Assembly (NCBI RefSeq): GCF_035084215.1
Contig: NC_090353.1
Location: 18,166,001 to 18,230,000, forward strand
DNA length: 64,000 nt
Reading direction: 5' to 3'
Source: Heptranchias perlo
Taxonomy: Eukaryota
The position numbers were made by a program, and so were the translations under genes. This document shows positions 12,001 to 23,619 of the stretch, piece after piece. The notes under the pieces were generated by a model. That model was not told where the DNA came from. It saw only the letters and a program-made list of their open reading frames with translations, and searched no databases. Within the stretch, counting starts at the first letter, position 1. The number at the start of each line of letters is the position of its first letter.

Positions 12001-15000
12001 AGAACATTAGTGAACCTGTCGGAATCCGGCAGCTTTTGTGACTATTCTTTTCTGGTGCCAGCCCACATATTACCAATGCTAGACTTTCCATGGTTAAAAT
12101 TGAACATTACATGAGAACAATTATATTACTTGAGACCCACCATATGATCACCATTGTTAAAGTTCAACTTGTTCAATATGCAGGAGCTGATACTTTTCCA
12201 CCTACCTATGTGCAACTCACTGCGATAGTGGGGAGTTTAACTACAAACCACCACTGCCTGTTGATAAACAACTTCAAGCTGCCTATTATTCTGCATTGAT
12301 TGAAAAACGCTTGTGTTTTGCATGATCATGAGTATTTCAGGTCCTGATGAAAGCTATCCATCACAATGAATACAGCATCTGTGCCCATAAACATAGTGCT
12401 GAGCAGACTCACGCCCCCCCCCCCGCCCCCATTAACCCAGAGCAAGCATGGGACCAGTGGGGTGAGTGTCAGGCTGGCACTAGCTAACCGATGGGAGGCC
12501 CACGTAATTTTAACTCCCAGGCCTCATTTAAATAAGTTGCACCCAACTCTCGCCTGTATCAGGCATCAATGATGTGACGTTGACAGGTGAGAGCGGGTGA
12601 GCATGGCAGAAGCCCACTGCCGGAGACCTGCGGGATCATCCTCCCAGCAAAGATAAGTCTAGAGGGGGTGGGGGGTGGTGCTCGCAAGAATCCTGGGACA
12701 GGGGAAGACCCAGGATTTCTTGTGAGGGCTAGAGGAGCATTCCTGTTACTTTTGGTCCACGTATGCCCTCCCAGGTGGACATAAAAGATCCCATGGCACT
12801 ATTTTGAAGAACAAGGGAGTTATCCCCGGTGTCCTGGCCAATATTTATCCCTCAACCAACATCATTAAAACAGATTATCTGGTCATTATCAAATTGCTGT
12901 TTGTGGGAGCTTGCTGTGCGCAAATTGGCTGCCTTGTTTCCTACATTACAACAGTGACTACACTTCAAAAATACTTCATTGGCTGTAAAGCGCTTTGGGA
13001 CGTCATGAGGACGTGAAAAGCGCTATATAAATGCAAGTCTGTCTTCTTTCTTTCTCAAGTTGCCTTACCTTTGCCACCCTCTCGTGGGCCTTCTGATCCT
13101 CGGCGCCGAGTTTCCCTGGAAGGCTACCACGGACCTTGCCACTGCCGGTTAAAATGTCGTCGGGGTCTGAATGACTTCATCAGTTTTAAAACTATTTCTC
13201 ACTGATTTCAATTTACATCCTGAGGTCCAGCTTTTCCCAACTTTCTTGAGTCAGCTGATCTCAGCCAGTGTCTTTGGCAGAGACTTTGCAAACAGCTTCA
13301 GTGTCGCTGCTTTAGAAAAGTGTGGGGGGGGGGAAACAACAGAAGGGTCCTGCCTGGATGGCTACCCAGTCAGCCCTGCTAGGAAATGTCACAAAAAGCA
13401 CAGGATCGGGCTCAAATGTGATGTTCCCCATGGTTGAACGACCTGCTGACATTGACTGCCCAGGTTCATACATGAAGGATAGCCAGAGAGCTGCCAGCAA
13501 CCATGAAACCTCTCCCACCACACATCACCATCTTCAGGAGAGAGGGAGGGGCTGTAAAATTAGGAGGAAAAATACGGGGAAGTAAACAAAAATTATAAGA
13601 AGCAGTACCCTCTCACAATCATGTTAAACAGGACTACATAAAAACCACATTGCTGTGTTGCCATTGGGAAAGGACAGTGTTGGAGCCTCAAGCTGACCCA
13701 AGAGTCGGAAGCTATTGATCTTACTTGACCAGATTATGTCTTTTCTTTCCCAAAAGGCTCGTATGAAGACTGCTGCTTGTCGTATTTCCGTGTAAAACAC
13801 CCTAAGAATATCCAGAAATACATCCTTAGTTATCGAGTGCAGAACACAGGTGGAGGCTGCAACTTACCTGCGATAGTGTAAGTACAAGTCTACAGTTATA
13901 TACAAGATAGTGCTCCAGCCCCCGCTTATTTACACCAGGACAGTGCCTCACTCCCAACACACTTACACAAGGATAGTGCTCCACTCCCTGCACACTTATG
14001 CCAGGATAGTGTCCCACTCCAAGCACACTTACACCAGGATAGTGCCTCACTCCCAACGCACTTACACTAGGAAGGTGCCCCAGCCCCTGCTTATTCACAC
14101 CAGGACAGTGCCCCACTCCAAGCACACTTACACCAGGATAGTGCCTCACACCCTGCACACTTGCACCAGGATAATGCCCCACTCCCAGCACACTTACACC
14201 AGGATAGTGCCCCACACCCTGCTCATTTACACCAGGATAGTGCCCCACTCCAAGCACATTTACACTAAGATATTGCCCCACTCCACGCTCTTTTACACCA
14301 GGATAGTGCCACACACCCAGCACACTTAAAACAGGATAGTGCCCCACTCCCTGCATGCTTACACCATGAAAGTGCCCCAGTCCCCGTGCACTTACACCAA
14401 GACATTGCCTCACTCTCTGCATACTTCCACCAGGATAGTGCCCACTCCCCGCAAACTTACACCAGCATAATTTCCAATCCCAGCACACTTACACCAGGAT
14501 AGTGCCTCAAACTAGTACACTTATACTAGCATAGTGCCCCAGCCCCGTACACTTACACCAGGAAAGTGCCACAAACCCATTACACTTACACGAATATTCA
14601 CCAACATTATTTTCCTAAACTTGTGTGAGTACGCTTTGCTTTAAGAACACAATATTGCAAGTACTGCAACTCTTTCGCCAAATCTTTTCTGCGGAAAAAC
14701 AGTCAAAAAATCCGGAAACATGATAAGACCCAAGGCAGAGTATAGCTCCTGTGTCAGACTGTAGCCACTTGTCTCACACCATAGTCCATGTCAGACTGCC
14801 TCCTTCCATGTCAGACTGTGCCCCCACTGTGTGTCAGACTGTGCCCCCCCCCACTGTGTGTCAGACTGTGCCCCCCCCCACTGTGTGTCAGACTGTACCC
14901 CCTTGAGTCAGACTGTATCGCTGTGTCAGACTGTATCCCTGTATCAGACTGTGCCCCCTTGTCAGACGGGGCCCCCTGTGTCAGACTGTGACTCCTTTGT

Positions 15001-15594
15001 GTCAGACTATGCTCCGCCCCCCCCCTTCCGTGTCAGACTGACACCACTTGTGTCAGACTGTGTCCCCTGTGTAAGACTGTGCCTCCTATATCAGACTGTG
15101 CCCCCCCCCCGCCTTGTGTCAGACTGTGGCTCCCCCCAGTCCCGACCCCGTCAGACAGTAATTCTATGCTACAATATGTCATGGTGTTGATCTTATCAAT
15201 CTTTCCCCATTTCTGTAGCCTTACATTGAATCGTGTGACCATTTGTGTGAACCCGAATGAGACGTGGGTCAAAAACTACATTAATTCATTGAAAATGAAA
15301 AAAAATAAAAAAGAAAGGACAAGAAGATGCCTGGGCCATTCCGCATCCTGCAGAAGGCGGCGGAAGGTAAGTGATAACAGGCACGGGAGACGGGCCAAAT
15401 CTCGAAAGATGTTAATCCAGTTCACGCACAATGTCAGACTCACTGACTCCTCCTGCCCAGCACCCTGTGTTACCGACTGTATCTCGAGTGGTGTTAATCC
15501 AACTCACACGCACTGTCGGACTCACTAACCACTTTTATATTGTTCTTCTTTGAAGTTGCAGTCTCTGAATCCAGTGCCCGTAGCCTGGCAGTAG
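6022..15594 (+). CDS. ccl25: CC chemokine, CCL25-like (4 exons: 6022-6085, 13757-13877, 15219-15366, 15556-15594; about 123 aa)
   Basis: The spliced product is MRFQLLTLVLMATFFYLSASQGSYEDCCLSYFRVKHPKNIQKYILSYRVQNTGGGCNLPAIVLTLNRVTICVNPNETWVKNYINSLKMKKNKKERTRRCLGHSASCRRRRKLQSLNPVPVAWQ*. It has a signal peptide and the EDCCL, GCNLPAI and CVNP..W motifs, resembling CCL25 (QGxxEDCCLxY...YRxQ...CNLPA). Introns are GT-AG with phases 1, 2, 0. Exact orthology within the CCL19/21/25 group is inferred. Confidence 0.8.
6135..8700 (+). mobile_element. CR1 LINE (6135-about 7216, resuming about 8602-8700), interrupted by a second LINE
   Basis: RT motifs DLQKTFDKVPH, SGVPQGSVLGPLLF and FADDTKL, with stops; the 3' tail gccgaatggc...ttctatgattct follows the insert. 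Confidence 0.88.
7217..8601 (+). mobile_element. Non-LTR retrotransposon fragment (same family as 467-1398) nested in the CR1
   Basis: Encodes NYRPIS...LDIKAAFDRVWH...GVPQGSV...FADDC; the 3' tail ends gacgcccacatcccatgaacgaataaaaaaaa. Confidence 0.9.
10100..10968 (+). mobile_element. Penelope-like element 3' fragment (GIY-YIG endonuclease remnant and terminal region)
   Basis: Frameshifted translation gives GTFPCERRRCNTC...FTCTSFNL.YC.RC..LLYIGETK.RL.DRF.EHLRS...LEEQHLIFRLGTL...GLNIDF. Confidence 0.85.
10866..10905 (+). ncRNA. Minimal type-I hammerhead ribozyme-like motif in the Penelope terminus (partly degenerate)
   Basis: CTGATGA (10871-10877), stem II AGGTC/GACCT, GAAA (10892-10895), then palindromic ACGT. 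Stem I is weak in this copy. Confidence 0.5.
11845..12060 (-). mobile_element. Degenerate SINE copy (family of 21020-21440)
   Basis: Similar to the reverse complement of the 21020-21440 body and tail. Confidence 0.6.
12765..13055 (+). mobile_element. Deu-domain SINE (SacSINE1/AmnSINE-like) fragment
   Basis: Contains caggtggac.taaaagatcccatggcactattt...gtgtcctggccaa and a tail ending gctatataaatgcaagtct; the family is recognised from memory. Confidence 0.7.
13757..13877 (+). CDS. ccl25: CC chemokine exon 2 (CC motif and third Cys)
   Basis: Pyrimidine tract and AG at 13755-13756; encodes GSYEDCCLSY...GGCNLPAIV; donor GTAAGT at 13878. Confidence 0.92.
13905..14590. repeat. 33-bp minisatellite ACACCAGGATAGTGCCCCACTCCAAGCACACTT in chemokine intron 2
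   Basis: About 20 diverged tandem units; explains the 11-aa periodic ORFs. Confidence 0.92.
14750..15160. repeat. Variable 17-23 bp tandem repeat TGTCAGACTGTG(C)n
   Basis: Repeated tgtcagactg core with variable C tracts. Confidence 0.9.
15219..15366 (+). CDS. ccl25: CC chemokine exon 3 (fourth Cys, helix, basic tail)
   Basis: ttctgtAG acceptor; encodes LTLNRVTICVNPNETWVKNYI...RRRRK; donor AAG|GTAAGT at 15367. Confidence 0.9.
15556..15594 (+). CDS. ccl25: CC chemokine putative terminal coding exon 4
   Basis: Pyrimidine tract then two in-frame AGs (15554-15555 and 15560-15561); encodes (LQ)SLNPVPVAWQ* with TAG at 15592-15594. There is no homology support. Confidence 0.5.
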   Translation: MQSLNPVPVAWQ

Positions 15595-17404
15595 ACCTGT
15601 AGACTCAGGACCTGCTGCCAGTCTATGGAAACCAGCTCAAACAGCTTAAATGGCGGGAGGTGGCTCACGGACTTGGCGTCCTGGAATCCAACGTAAAAGA
15701 CCAAAAGGCCCTAGTAACTCTCCCAGGTGATCTCCCAGTGCAAATCCACCGGGGGCGGGGTGGGGGGTGGGGGTTGCATCCTGACAAGTGCTGGGAAGCA
15801 ACTGCTGGTCATCTATGGCACTGATCCTGCTGGAGAATGTGGGGTCAGCCTGGGGTTATATCCTGGCCACATGTCCATGCCACTAAGAGCACGTTTAGGG
15901 CACCCACCAGCCCCAACATGCCGGAAAATCCAGCGAATGCTGCTGTGACCCAGCACCATGTGGGAATTGAGCCTCGGTGCTGAGGGACCCGGGCTGTCAA
16001 AGAGGGATATTTGACTTCCTTATGGATTTGCTGCTAATGCAATAATCTGGTACCCCATTGTAGCTTATTATCAAAATGAAAACTGATAGTGAGTATCAAT
16101 TTTGACTGTTCTATCCATATGGAGTAGATCCCAGTATGAGTTGCTGCTCCTTCCCCCATTGTGTGCAGATGATGTTACATTAAGCACCTGAAAATCAACT
16201 CACCTTGCATTTTTCAGCATTAACTGAGCTGTGAGCAGCACAGAGGAGGGTAACTATCGGATGACCCTCCCCGGTCTAAGGCCGCTCCTTCCCAGCAACT
16301 CATCTGTGAATAGAGACAAGCTTTGCTGAAGCGGATTCTACATGGCTGTATTGAGAGCAGTCAACACTTACAACAGCTGAAACATAACGAGAAGCCCCCT
16401 GAATGGAGAGGATAATACAAGAGGTGCTGTAGGACACCACAACGCCAGCCATGCTATTGCCATTGAATCATTACATACCTTGATCATCATCATTAAATTG
16501 GCAATCCTATCATTATGCTTAACTGCAACCAGCTTCGCTGTGATCTCTTGGCTGTATTCTGAGCAATGTTATTTTCATTTTTGTTAGCTGGTTTACTTAT
16601 ACAGTTCACTCAATATTTACTTAACAATATACTTAACGAATTAATATTTTTGTCAAGTTAGGAAGGTAGCAGACACAAATCCAGATGTCACTGGTATCCA
16701 AAGTGAGAAAGAAAGACTTGCATTTTGTCCATAGAAAGGAACATAGGAACAGGAGTAGATCATTCAGCCCCTCATGCCTGTTCCGCCATTCCATCAGATC
16801 ATGACTGATCTGGTCCAGCAAACAAACTTCATGGAGACAAAATGTTTCACATTTTTATGGGTTGTATTTTGAGTCGTGGAGAAGTCATCTTCCTCATTGT
16901 CTGACAGGCTTCCCGAGAGGAACATCTTCTTGACTATAACAGAGACGACAATTACAGACTCAGCCTTCCCCTTTCAGTTTCAACCAGGAGTCAGTCCAGA
17001 GTTTGTTGCTGCAGCTTTCAGTGGACTACAGTGTGAGCCAGGGCCCCACCCTGTAGGCAATAAGTGAAATATAATTTTTGGAGTCTTGTCTAGTTTCTGT
17101 ATCACAATGATTGTTTGATTCTGATTGTTTAACAAAGCTTTATGCAGAGTGTGGCTGCTGAAATAGGCCTGATGATGTACATTGTTGAGATAATTTCTAT
17201 GCTTCAATAAATTTCTATTGTTTTATCCAAACTCTATCCAATGCTCCATCTTGACTCCATTCATGCCAATCTAGAAAACTTGCAAAAGCTGACAGCCCAG
17301 AAAACCTGACAAATCAAAAATGGGCTTGAATACAAAGTTTTTGACATGTCAAAATATTGAAAGTGTAGCAGGACATGGGCTATTGTAATTTCAGCTCTAG
17401 CTTT

Positions 17405-17620
17405 AGCCAACTTTCCATCACTGCTGGCTCTGCCCTGCCTTAGATCACTGCTGGCTCTCCCTAGCCCTACATCACTGCTGCATCTTGCCATTTCCTGCAT
17501 TGCTGCTGCTTTGCCTCTCCCCAGCCCTGGATTACTGTTTATTCTCATTAGCTCTGCATTACTGTTGCCCCTGTCTAGAGTCTGAATTCTCCCCAGTCTC
17601 ACATTACTCCCCTATCTGCA
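17405..17620. repeat. Degenerate tandem repeat of about 27 bp
   Basis: Recurring atcactgctggctct / attactg...ctct. Confidence 0.6.
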
Positions 17621-18138
17621 TTAAAGGATATCTTAAATTTTAAAAATCAGGTCCATTCCTATATCCAACCATTTCCACTATCTGCTTTTTAAGTAGCTGG
17701 AAGACAAGAGAGCACATTTTACATTATTGTATATTCATTACACTGGATACCATCCAGTACATCCTGGTCAAAAAACAAATTGCCACTAGCAGGTGCAATC
17801 CTGTTGTAATTTCTGGGCCATTAAGTTATGGTACTATGACTCACTGTATGTCTGGGCTTCATTGTGGGTTAGTGACTGAATAGAGGGAGAAAGAACAATA
17901 AACAAAGCATAGTGCACTAGCCCTGAGCTGGGAGGAGGCCCCCAAACCCATCCTCTCCATGGCCTTCACCCCCAGAATTTCCGAGTTCCTCTCCTTTTAA
18001 AGAGTCAAGGATCATAGCCTAGATTATAATCCCCCATCCCTCAGCATTGGCTGGCATTGGTTATCTCTGGCCTTTTCCTGCAAGCAGGTAGAAAAGGGAC
18101 ATATATTCGAATGAGGAATATGAGAAAAGATGTGTATC

Positions 18139-18645
18139 ACATAGGAATGTAGGAAAGAACGTAGGTACATTGGAACAGGAGTGGCCATTCAGCCCCTCGA
18201 GCCTGTCAGATCTAATTCTATTAGATCATGGATGATCTGTATCTTAACTCCATCAACCCGCCTTGGTTCCGTAATCCTTAATACCCTTGCCTACTCTTGA
18301 GGGAGAGAGTTCCAGATTTCCACTACCCTTTGTGTAAAGAAGTGCTTTCTGACATCATCCCTGAACAGCCTAGCTCTAATTTTAAGGTGATGCCTCCTTG
18401 TTCTGGACTCCACCACCAGAGGAAATAGTTTCTCTCTATCTACTCTAACAAATCCTTTAATCATCTTAAACACCTCAATCAGATCACCCTTTAATCGTCT
18501 ATATTCAAGGGAATACAAAGCTAGTCTATGCAACCTGTCCTCCTAAATTAACCCTTTTAGCCCCAGTATCATTCTAGTGACTCAGCACTGCACCCCCTCC
18601 AAGGCCAATATATCCTTCCTGAGGTACGGTGCCCAGAACTGATGC
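18139..18645 (-). mobile_element. CR1 LINE 3' fragment
   Basis: Encodes LYSLEYRRLKGDLIEVFKMIKG...HFFTQRVVEIWNSLP. Confidence 0.85.
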
Positions 18646-19069
18646 AGTCACCCAAGTGCTCAGACAAGCAACCAATGTATGTGAGTATGCAAAGTCATGA
18701 GGTTGGGAAAGGATAAGGAATAGTGGCACTGTAAGCTAAATGGTATAAATCAACAGACAACACAGGAGGATTTGGTGGTGCCAGTCATAGAAGCCATCAA
18801 CACAGTGTGCATCAGTAATAAAGTTAGCAAATAAGACCTTGGGCTACGTGGCCAGAAGAGTAGAGCAATAATCTCGGGAAGTGATTTGAACTTTGTACAG
18901 AGTGCTGATTCTGCCCCGCCTGGAATGCTGTGTTCAATTCTGGTCAATGTATTATGAGAAAGACATCCAGACATTTGACAGAGTGCAGCAAAGGGCAACT
19001 AAATCAATGGCTGGAATTAGAACCTGTGTTATGAGGAAAAGCTGCAGAAACTGGGAAGCGTAGAATCAA

Positions 19070-20944
19070 CACCACCTGCGCTGTTGATTGGCTGCATGCA
19101 TCAGCAGGGCCCCGATAGTGGTTCACACTTCTTAACGGCAGCCTGCACCTCTTCAAGGGGAGGTGCATTGTGACTGCAAGAAGCGGTGGGAGTCGTTTCA
19201 AAACTGAATCTGTTCTGAGATACTTTGAAGAATGGCTGCCCCTGGGAGAGAGCGGCACCAAGGTTCACTGATGATGCACTGGAGGCTTTGGTGCAAGAGG
19301 TACCGAGAAGGAGGGGCATCCTGTATCTGCAGGGGGGCAGGAAGCCCTCCAGACATATGCTGAAGAGGCAGTGGGAGGAAGTAGGGGAGGAGGTAAATGC
19401 CAGGAGCATAGCTCCAAGAACATGGATGCAGTGCAGGAAGGAGTTCAATGATTTAACACGAGTTGTCAAGGTGCGTGATTCAAGCTTCAAGTGACATATC
19501 GTACCAACTGCACCATTAGCATCATCCACTGCTCAATTCACGACACCCCCATCACCCACCTACCAACAATCTCCTTCAGTCAGTACTCAACCATTCAAAT
19601 CATATGCTTCATCTCACCCTCACATACTTAGCACTATTGCAAGCCTCACACCCATAACTCACACGCACTGGCAGCTATTCAACCATGACATAGAAACATA
19701 ACATAGAAAATAGGAGCAAGAGTAGGCCATTCGGCCCTTCGGGCCTGCTCTGCCATTCAAAATGATCATGGCTGATCGTCTAACTCAGTACCCTGTTCCC
19801 GCTTTTTCCCTATATCCCTTGATCCCTTTAGCATTAAGAAATATATCTATCTCCTTCTTCAATACATCTAGTGACTTGGCCTCCACTGCCTTCTGTGGTA
19901 GAGAATTCCACAGGTTCACCGCCCTCTGAGTGAAGAAACTTCTCCTCATCTCAGTTCTAAATGGCATACCCCGTATCCTGTGACCCCTGGTTCTGGACTT
20001 CCCAGCCATCAGGAACATCCTCCCTGCATCTACTCTGTCTAGTCCTGTTAGAATTTTATATGTTTCGATGAGATCACCTCTCATTCTTCTAAACTCTAGT
20101 GAATATAGACCTAGTCGACCCAATCTCTCCTCATACGTCAGTCCTGCCATCCCAGGAATCAGTCTGGTAAACCTTCGTTGCACTCCCTCCATGGCAAGGA
20201 CATCCTTCCTCAGATAAGGTGACCAAAACAGCCACATCACCCAAACATTTTGCAGGACACTAACTGACACACTTCCCTCTTTCTTGTAGGAGAAGGTGGT
20301 GCATAACAGGAGGCAGCAAGTGGCAGTGGCTCCATGGAATACGAACCTGCTGTCCTCTCTCAGGGTGACAGCATTCCTGCTCCCAACCCTGCCACTCCGC
20401 CAGTACCTTTCGCATTGCCCGTCAGCTATCCAGCCCACTCCCTGTAGAGTATTGCAACTTTATCCAAGTATAGGGAACGTCAAAAAACACGTACAAATGC
20501 ACCAGCAGCCAGAAAAAATAATCCAGCAAATCGGCCGGCACGGACACGGTGGGCCGAATATCCTCCTTCTGTGCTGTAAATTTTCTACATTCTACGTTTC
20601 TAAATAACCTGTAACTCCTGCATGATCCCTTTAAATACCACTGGTGGGGGGTCCTTCATGCCCTTTAAGTCATGTTCAGCTGTGCGAGGTTAAGACACTG
20701 CTTTGGATGGAGTGTGGAGTTCGAAAATAGCAGCGGTCCCTTTAAATCAGCATTGCACACTGATCGCATCATAATCTCCCTAATCAGCATGCTGCCGGCG
20801 GCCGTTTGGTGCGCACGCGCAAACACCTTTACCAAGATGGCGTCCTGTGCACTTTCCGTCGGTAGTGTGCGTGCACATCTCGGACCCCATTTTCAAGGCC
20901 GTGTAGCACCTAAAATAGTGCGTTAAACAGCTCAATTTTACCCC
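19070..20944 (+). mobile_element. PIF/Harbinger-derived element with a spliced Myb/SANT-like pseudogene
   Basis: 19232-19470 encodes (frameshifted) ...APRFTDDALEALVQEV..RRGIL...WEEVGEEVN...RTWMQCRKEFNDL. A donor at 19471 and acceptor at 20289 lead to EKVVHNRRQQ. The right end is aattttacccc; the left boundary is uncertain. Confidence 0.7.
19688..20229 (-). mobile_element. CR1 LINE fragment inserted in the intron of the Harbinger Myb gene
   Basis: Encodes FWSPYLRKDVLAMEGVQRRFTRLIPG...RGDLIETYKIL. Confidence 0.88.
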
Positions 20945-21019
20945 TGTAATGTTTATATTAAAGAAGAGAAGGCTCAGGTGTGATCATCACTGATCCTTTT
21001 GACAGAGTCTGAATCACAC

Positions 21020-21440
21020 TGGGTACAGTAGAGCAGTGGTAATGTTGCTAGACTAGTAATCCAGAGACCTGGACTAATAATCCAGAGATGTGAGTTCAAA
21101 TCACACCATGGTAGTTTGAGAATTTGAATGTAGTTTAAAAATTCAAGCTGTGACCATGAGGCTTTTGGATTATTGTAAAAATCTAACTGGTTCATTAATG
21201 TCTTTAAGGAAGGATAGCTACTGTCCTTATCTGGTCTGGCCTGGCCTATATGTGACTCCAGTCCCACACCTCTTAACTGCTCTCTGGAGTGGCCTAGCAA
21301 ACCACTCGGTCTCATCAAAATGCTACACTGCAGCAGTTCAAGAAGAAGACCCACAATCACCATCTTCACAGGCAACTAGGGATGGGCAATAAATGCCAGC
21401 TGTGCCAGTGATGTCCACATCCTGAGAATGAATAAAAACA
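21020..21440 (+). mobile_element. tRNA-headed SINE with a LINE-derived 3' tail
   Basis: A/B-box-like head (gcagtggtaatg...gagttcaaatc); the 3' end matches the tail of the LINE at 8531-8601. Confidence 0.7.
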
Positions 21441-23619
21441 GATTATACAGCGAAGAAATTAAGGTTTGCTGCTGGTAATAGCTGATTGCCAGAATGGCGG
21501 GTACAGATCAGCACCAAGATAAAACCAGCAATTAAGATTCTGATAAGAGGTTGTTTGTGAACAAAAAGCCTGACTGTTTGGTTCAGGTGAGAGCCTCTGT
21601 TCTTTATGAGGTTGAGAAATGAAGCATAGGCTCTGAGTGAAATTTTACACCTTACAGCAGCACATTAGGTGGGTGAAATTCCATGGGGGTTCTACTGCAG
21701 AATTATAGCCTCTAACTCTCATTAATCATCTAGTCCAAAGGAGAATGGAAATAACATACTGATGACCACTTACTTAACAACACTGTTCACTATTCATAAG
21801 ATCCCCCCACCATTTTTTCCCCTTTTTGCTCCTCTTCTTATGAAGACAAAGGGTCTGATTTTTCTGCACTGGCGTAGGTTTGTTTTAAAGAGTTAAGAAC
21901 CGGTGCAAATCCTGCTGGAATACCAGTGCTAATATCATTAATAGTCGGGGAAAGTTTATTTGCATGATTACTCCCAGCACCAGCCAGACTTGGCTAGATG
22001 GTTGACTGGACAATTGTGTATAAGTGAAATTTAAAGGGATGGGGAGAATTAAAGTGGAGAGTCAAAGTAGGGGACAAAAATTCTGACAGCTTTTAGAGAG
22101 GCCCAAAGGGCTTGTCAACCCATTAGCAGTCTTGGCCAAGGCTGGAGGAACAGGGGATTAAGTAGGGGCAGGCAAGAGAGGAAGATGAGGTATGAGTCTG
22201 CAGGCAAGTGATGAAGTGGCCCAGCACCTAACTCCATGCTTGGTGGCTGCTGAAATCGTGTTGGTGTTGCATGAGAGGTGATTGCAAAGAGTGTTGCCCT
22301 CTGTGCCACCATCTCCTTAGGTCAGCACTCACCATGCCTGCAAGAAGGTGGAACCAGATTTCTAGGTGCAACTGCCCATTGCTGTGGTGGCAACCCAAGC
22401 CGCATGGAAGCTGCAGGCATCCTTACAGCAGATGGCACAGCTCTGAATCAACCTCTCTTCTGAACTGGACCTATTAGAAAACAGATCCCCATGGTTGTTG
22501 TCAGGAAGGTGTGTCAGGGCCTTGGCAGGTGCAGTCAATCAGGCTGTGCTAGATGCTGATAACCCTGGCATATCTTCTTTCATAAAGTTCCACTGGAAGC
22601 ATGACATATTGTGATTGAGGTATTTCTGAGGAAACATCAAATACAACTGTTAAGCAGACATTCATATATCTTAGTGATACCATCAGGTCTGGTGTCCCAG
22701 GTTCCTTGGGGAATAGGATGTATTAATCGTCTGCCAACACAAGCTATGCTTTGCAGATGCAGGTAGCAGCTGGATGAAGTGGGGGGATTGCACCTCTTGT
22801 TAGACTCACCTAATTGGCATTTCTTTGTTGTTCATAAAACCTTAGATAGGAGTATTCCCATTGGAAAACCCATAGGTACCAATAATAGTACAGGAGACAA
22901 ATAAATAGAACATTACAACAATTACCTAAATTCAGAAACCCTCAAAACTCATTGTAAAAGCCCAGGAGGTGAGGTTTGAAATGTGCCTGCTTTTTAATTG
23001 CCTAAAGCAATGAGATTGTTTCTCTGGAGTAAACTACATACAGTACGAACTAGGGAAGCCCCACCCTCATTTATATATTGTTCGAGCATGTAGTGAGTTT
23101 ACATCAGGGGCCTAGAGCGGCAGCGGTGCGGTCCCATTGCAAAGACCCGGACTGAGTGATGCCGAGGCCGGGTAGACACAAAGCCTACTCTCAGGAATCT
23201 CCGACCCCCGATGGTAAATGTGAGTGCACGTACCGAGGAACACAATCGCTAAATTTCCCCTCCAGTTTGCAAATTGTAGTACAAACAACATGTCACTGAT
23301 GGGAAGTGGTGTAGGAAAGGGTTAAGTTCTGCGCTCTCTCACTTTCTGCTGAAATGCTTGTCCCTGCAGCACCTCATTACCCAGTTCCACACTCACCTGA
23401 GGCGTTGTTTCACAACCTGGGAAAATGGGTCATTAAAGCCCACTGAGTACTTGACAGTATTGAGCAAGAAGTACAGGTTTAATCGGAAATGACAGCCTGC
23501 TTCCTGGTTGAGAGATTAAAGGTCTGGGGCTTTCCGACCTGCTCCACCTGTCTGAATTCACAAATAATCCTCTTAAAAAAGAAATTTAATCATAAAAACA
23601 CAATTAAGCCATAAATAAC

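Noticed and set aside
13826-14488. 220-aa Gly/Val-rich ORF
   Set aside because: Antisense translation of a 33-bp intronic minisatellite.
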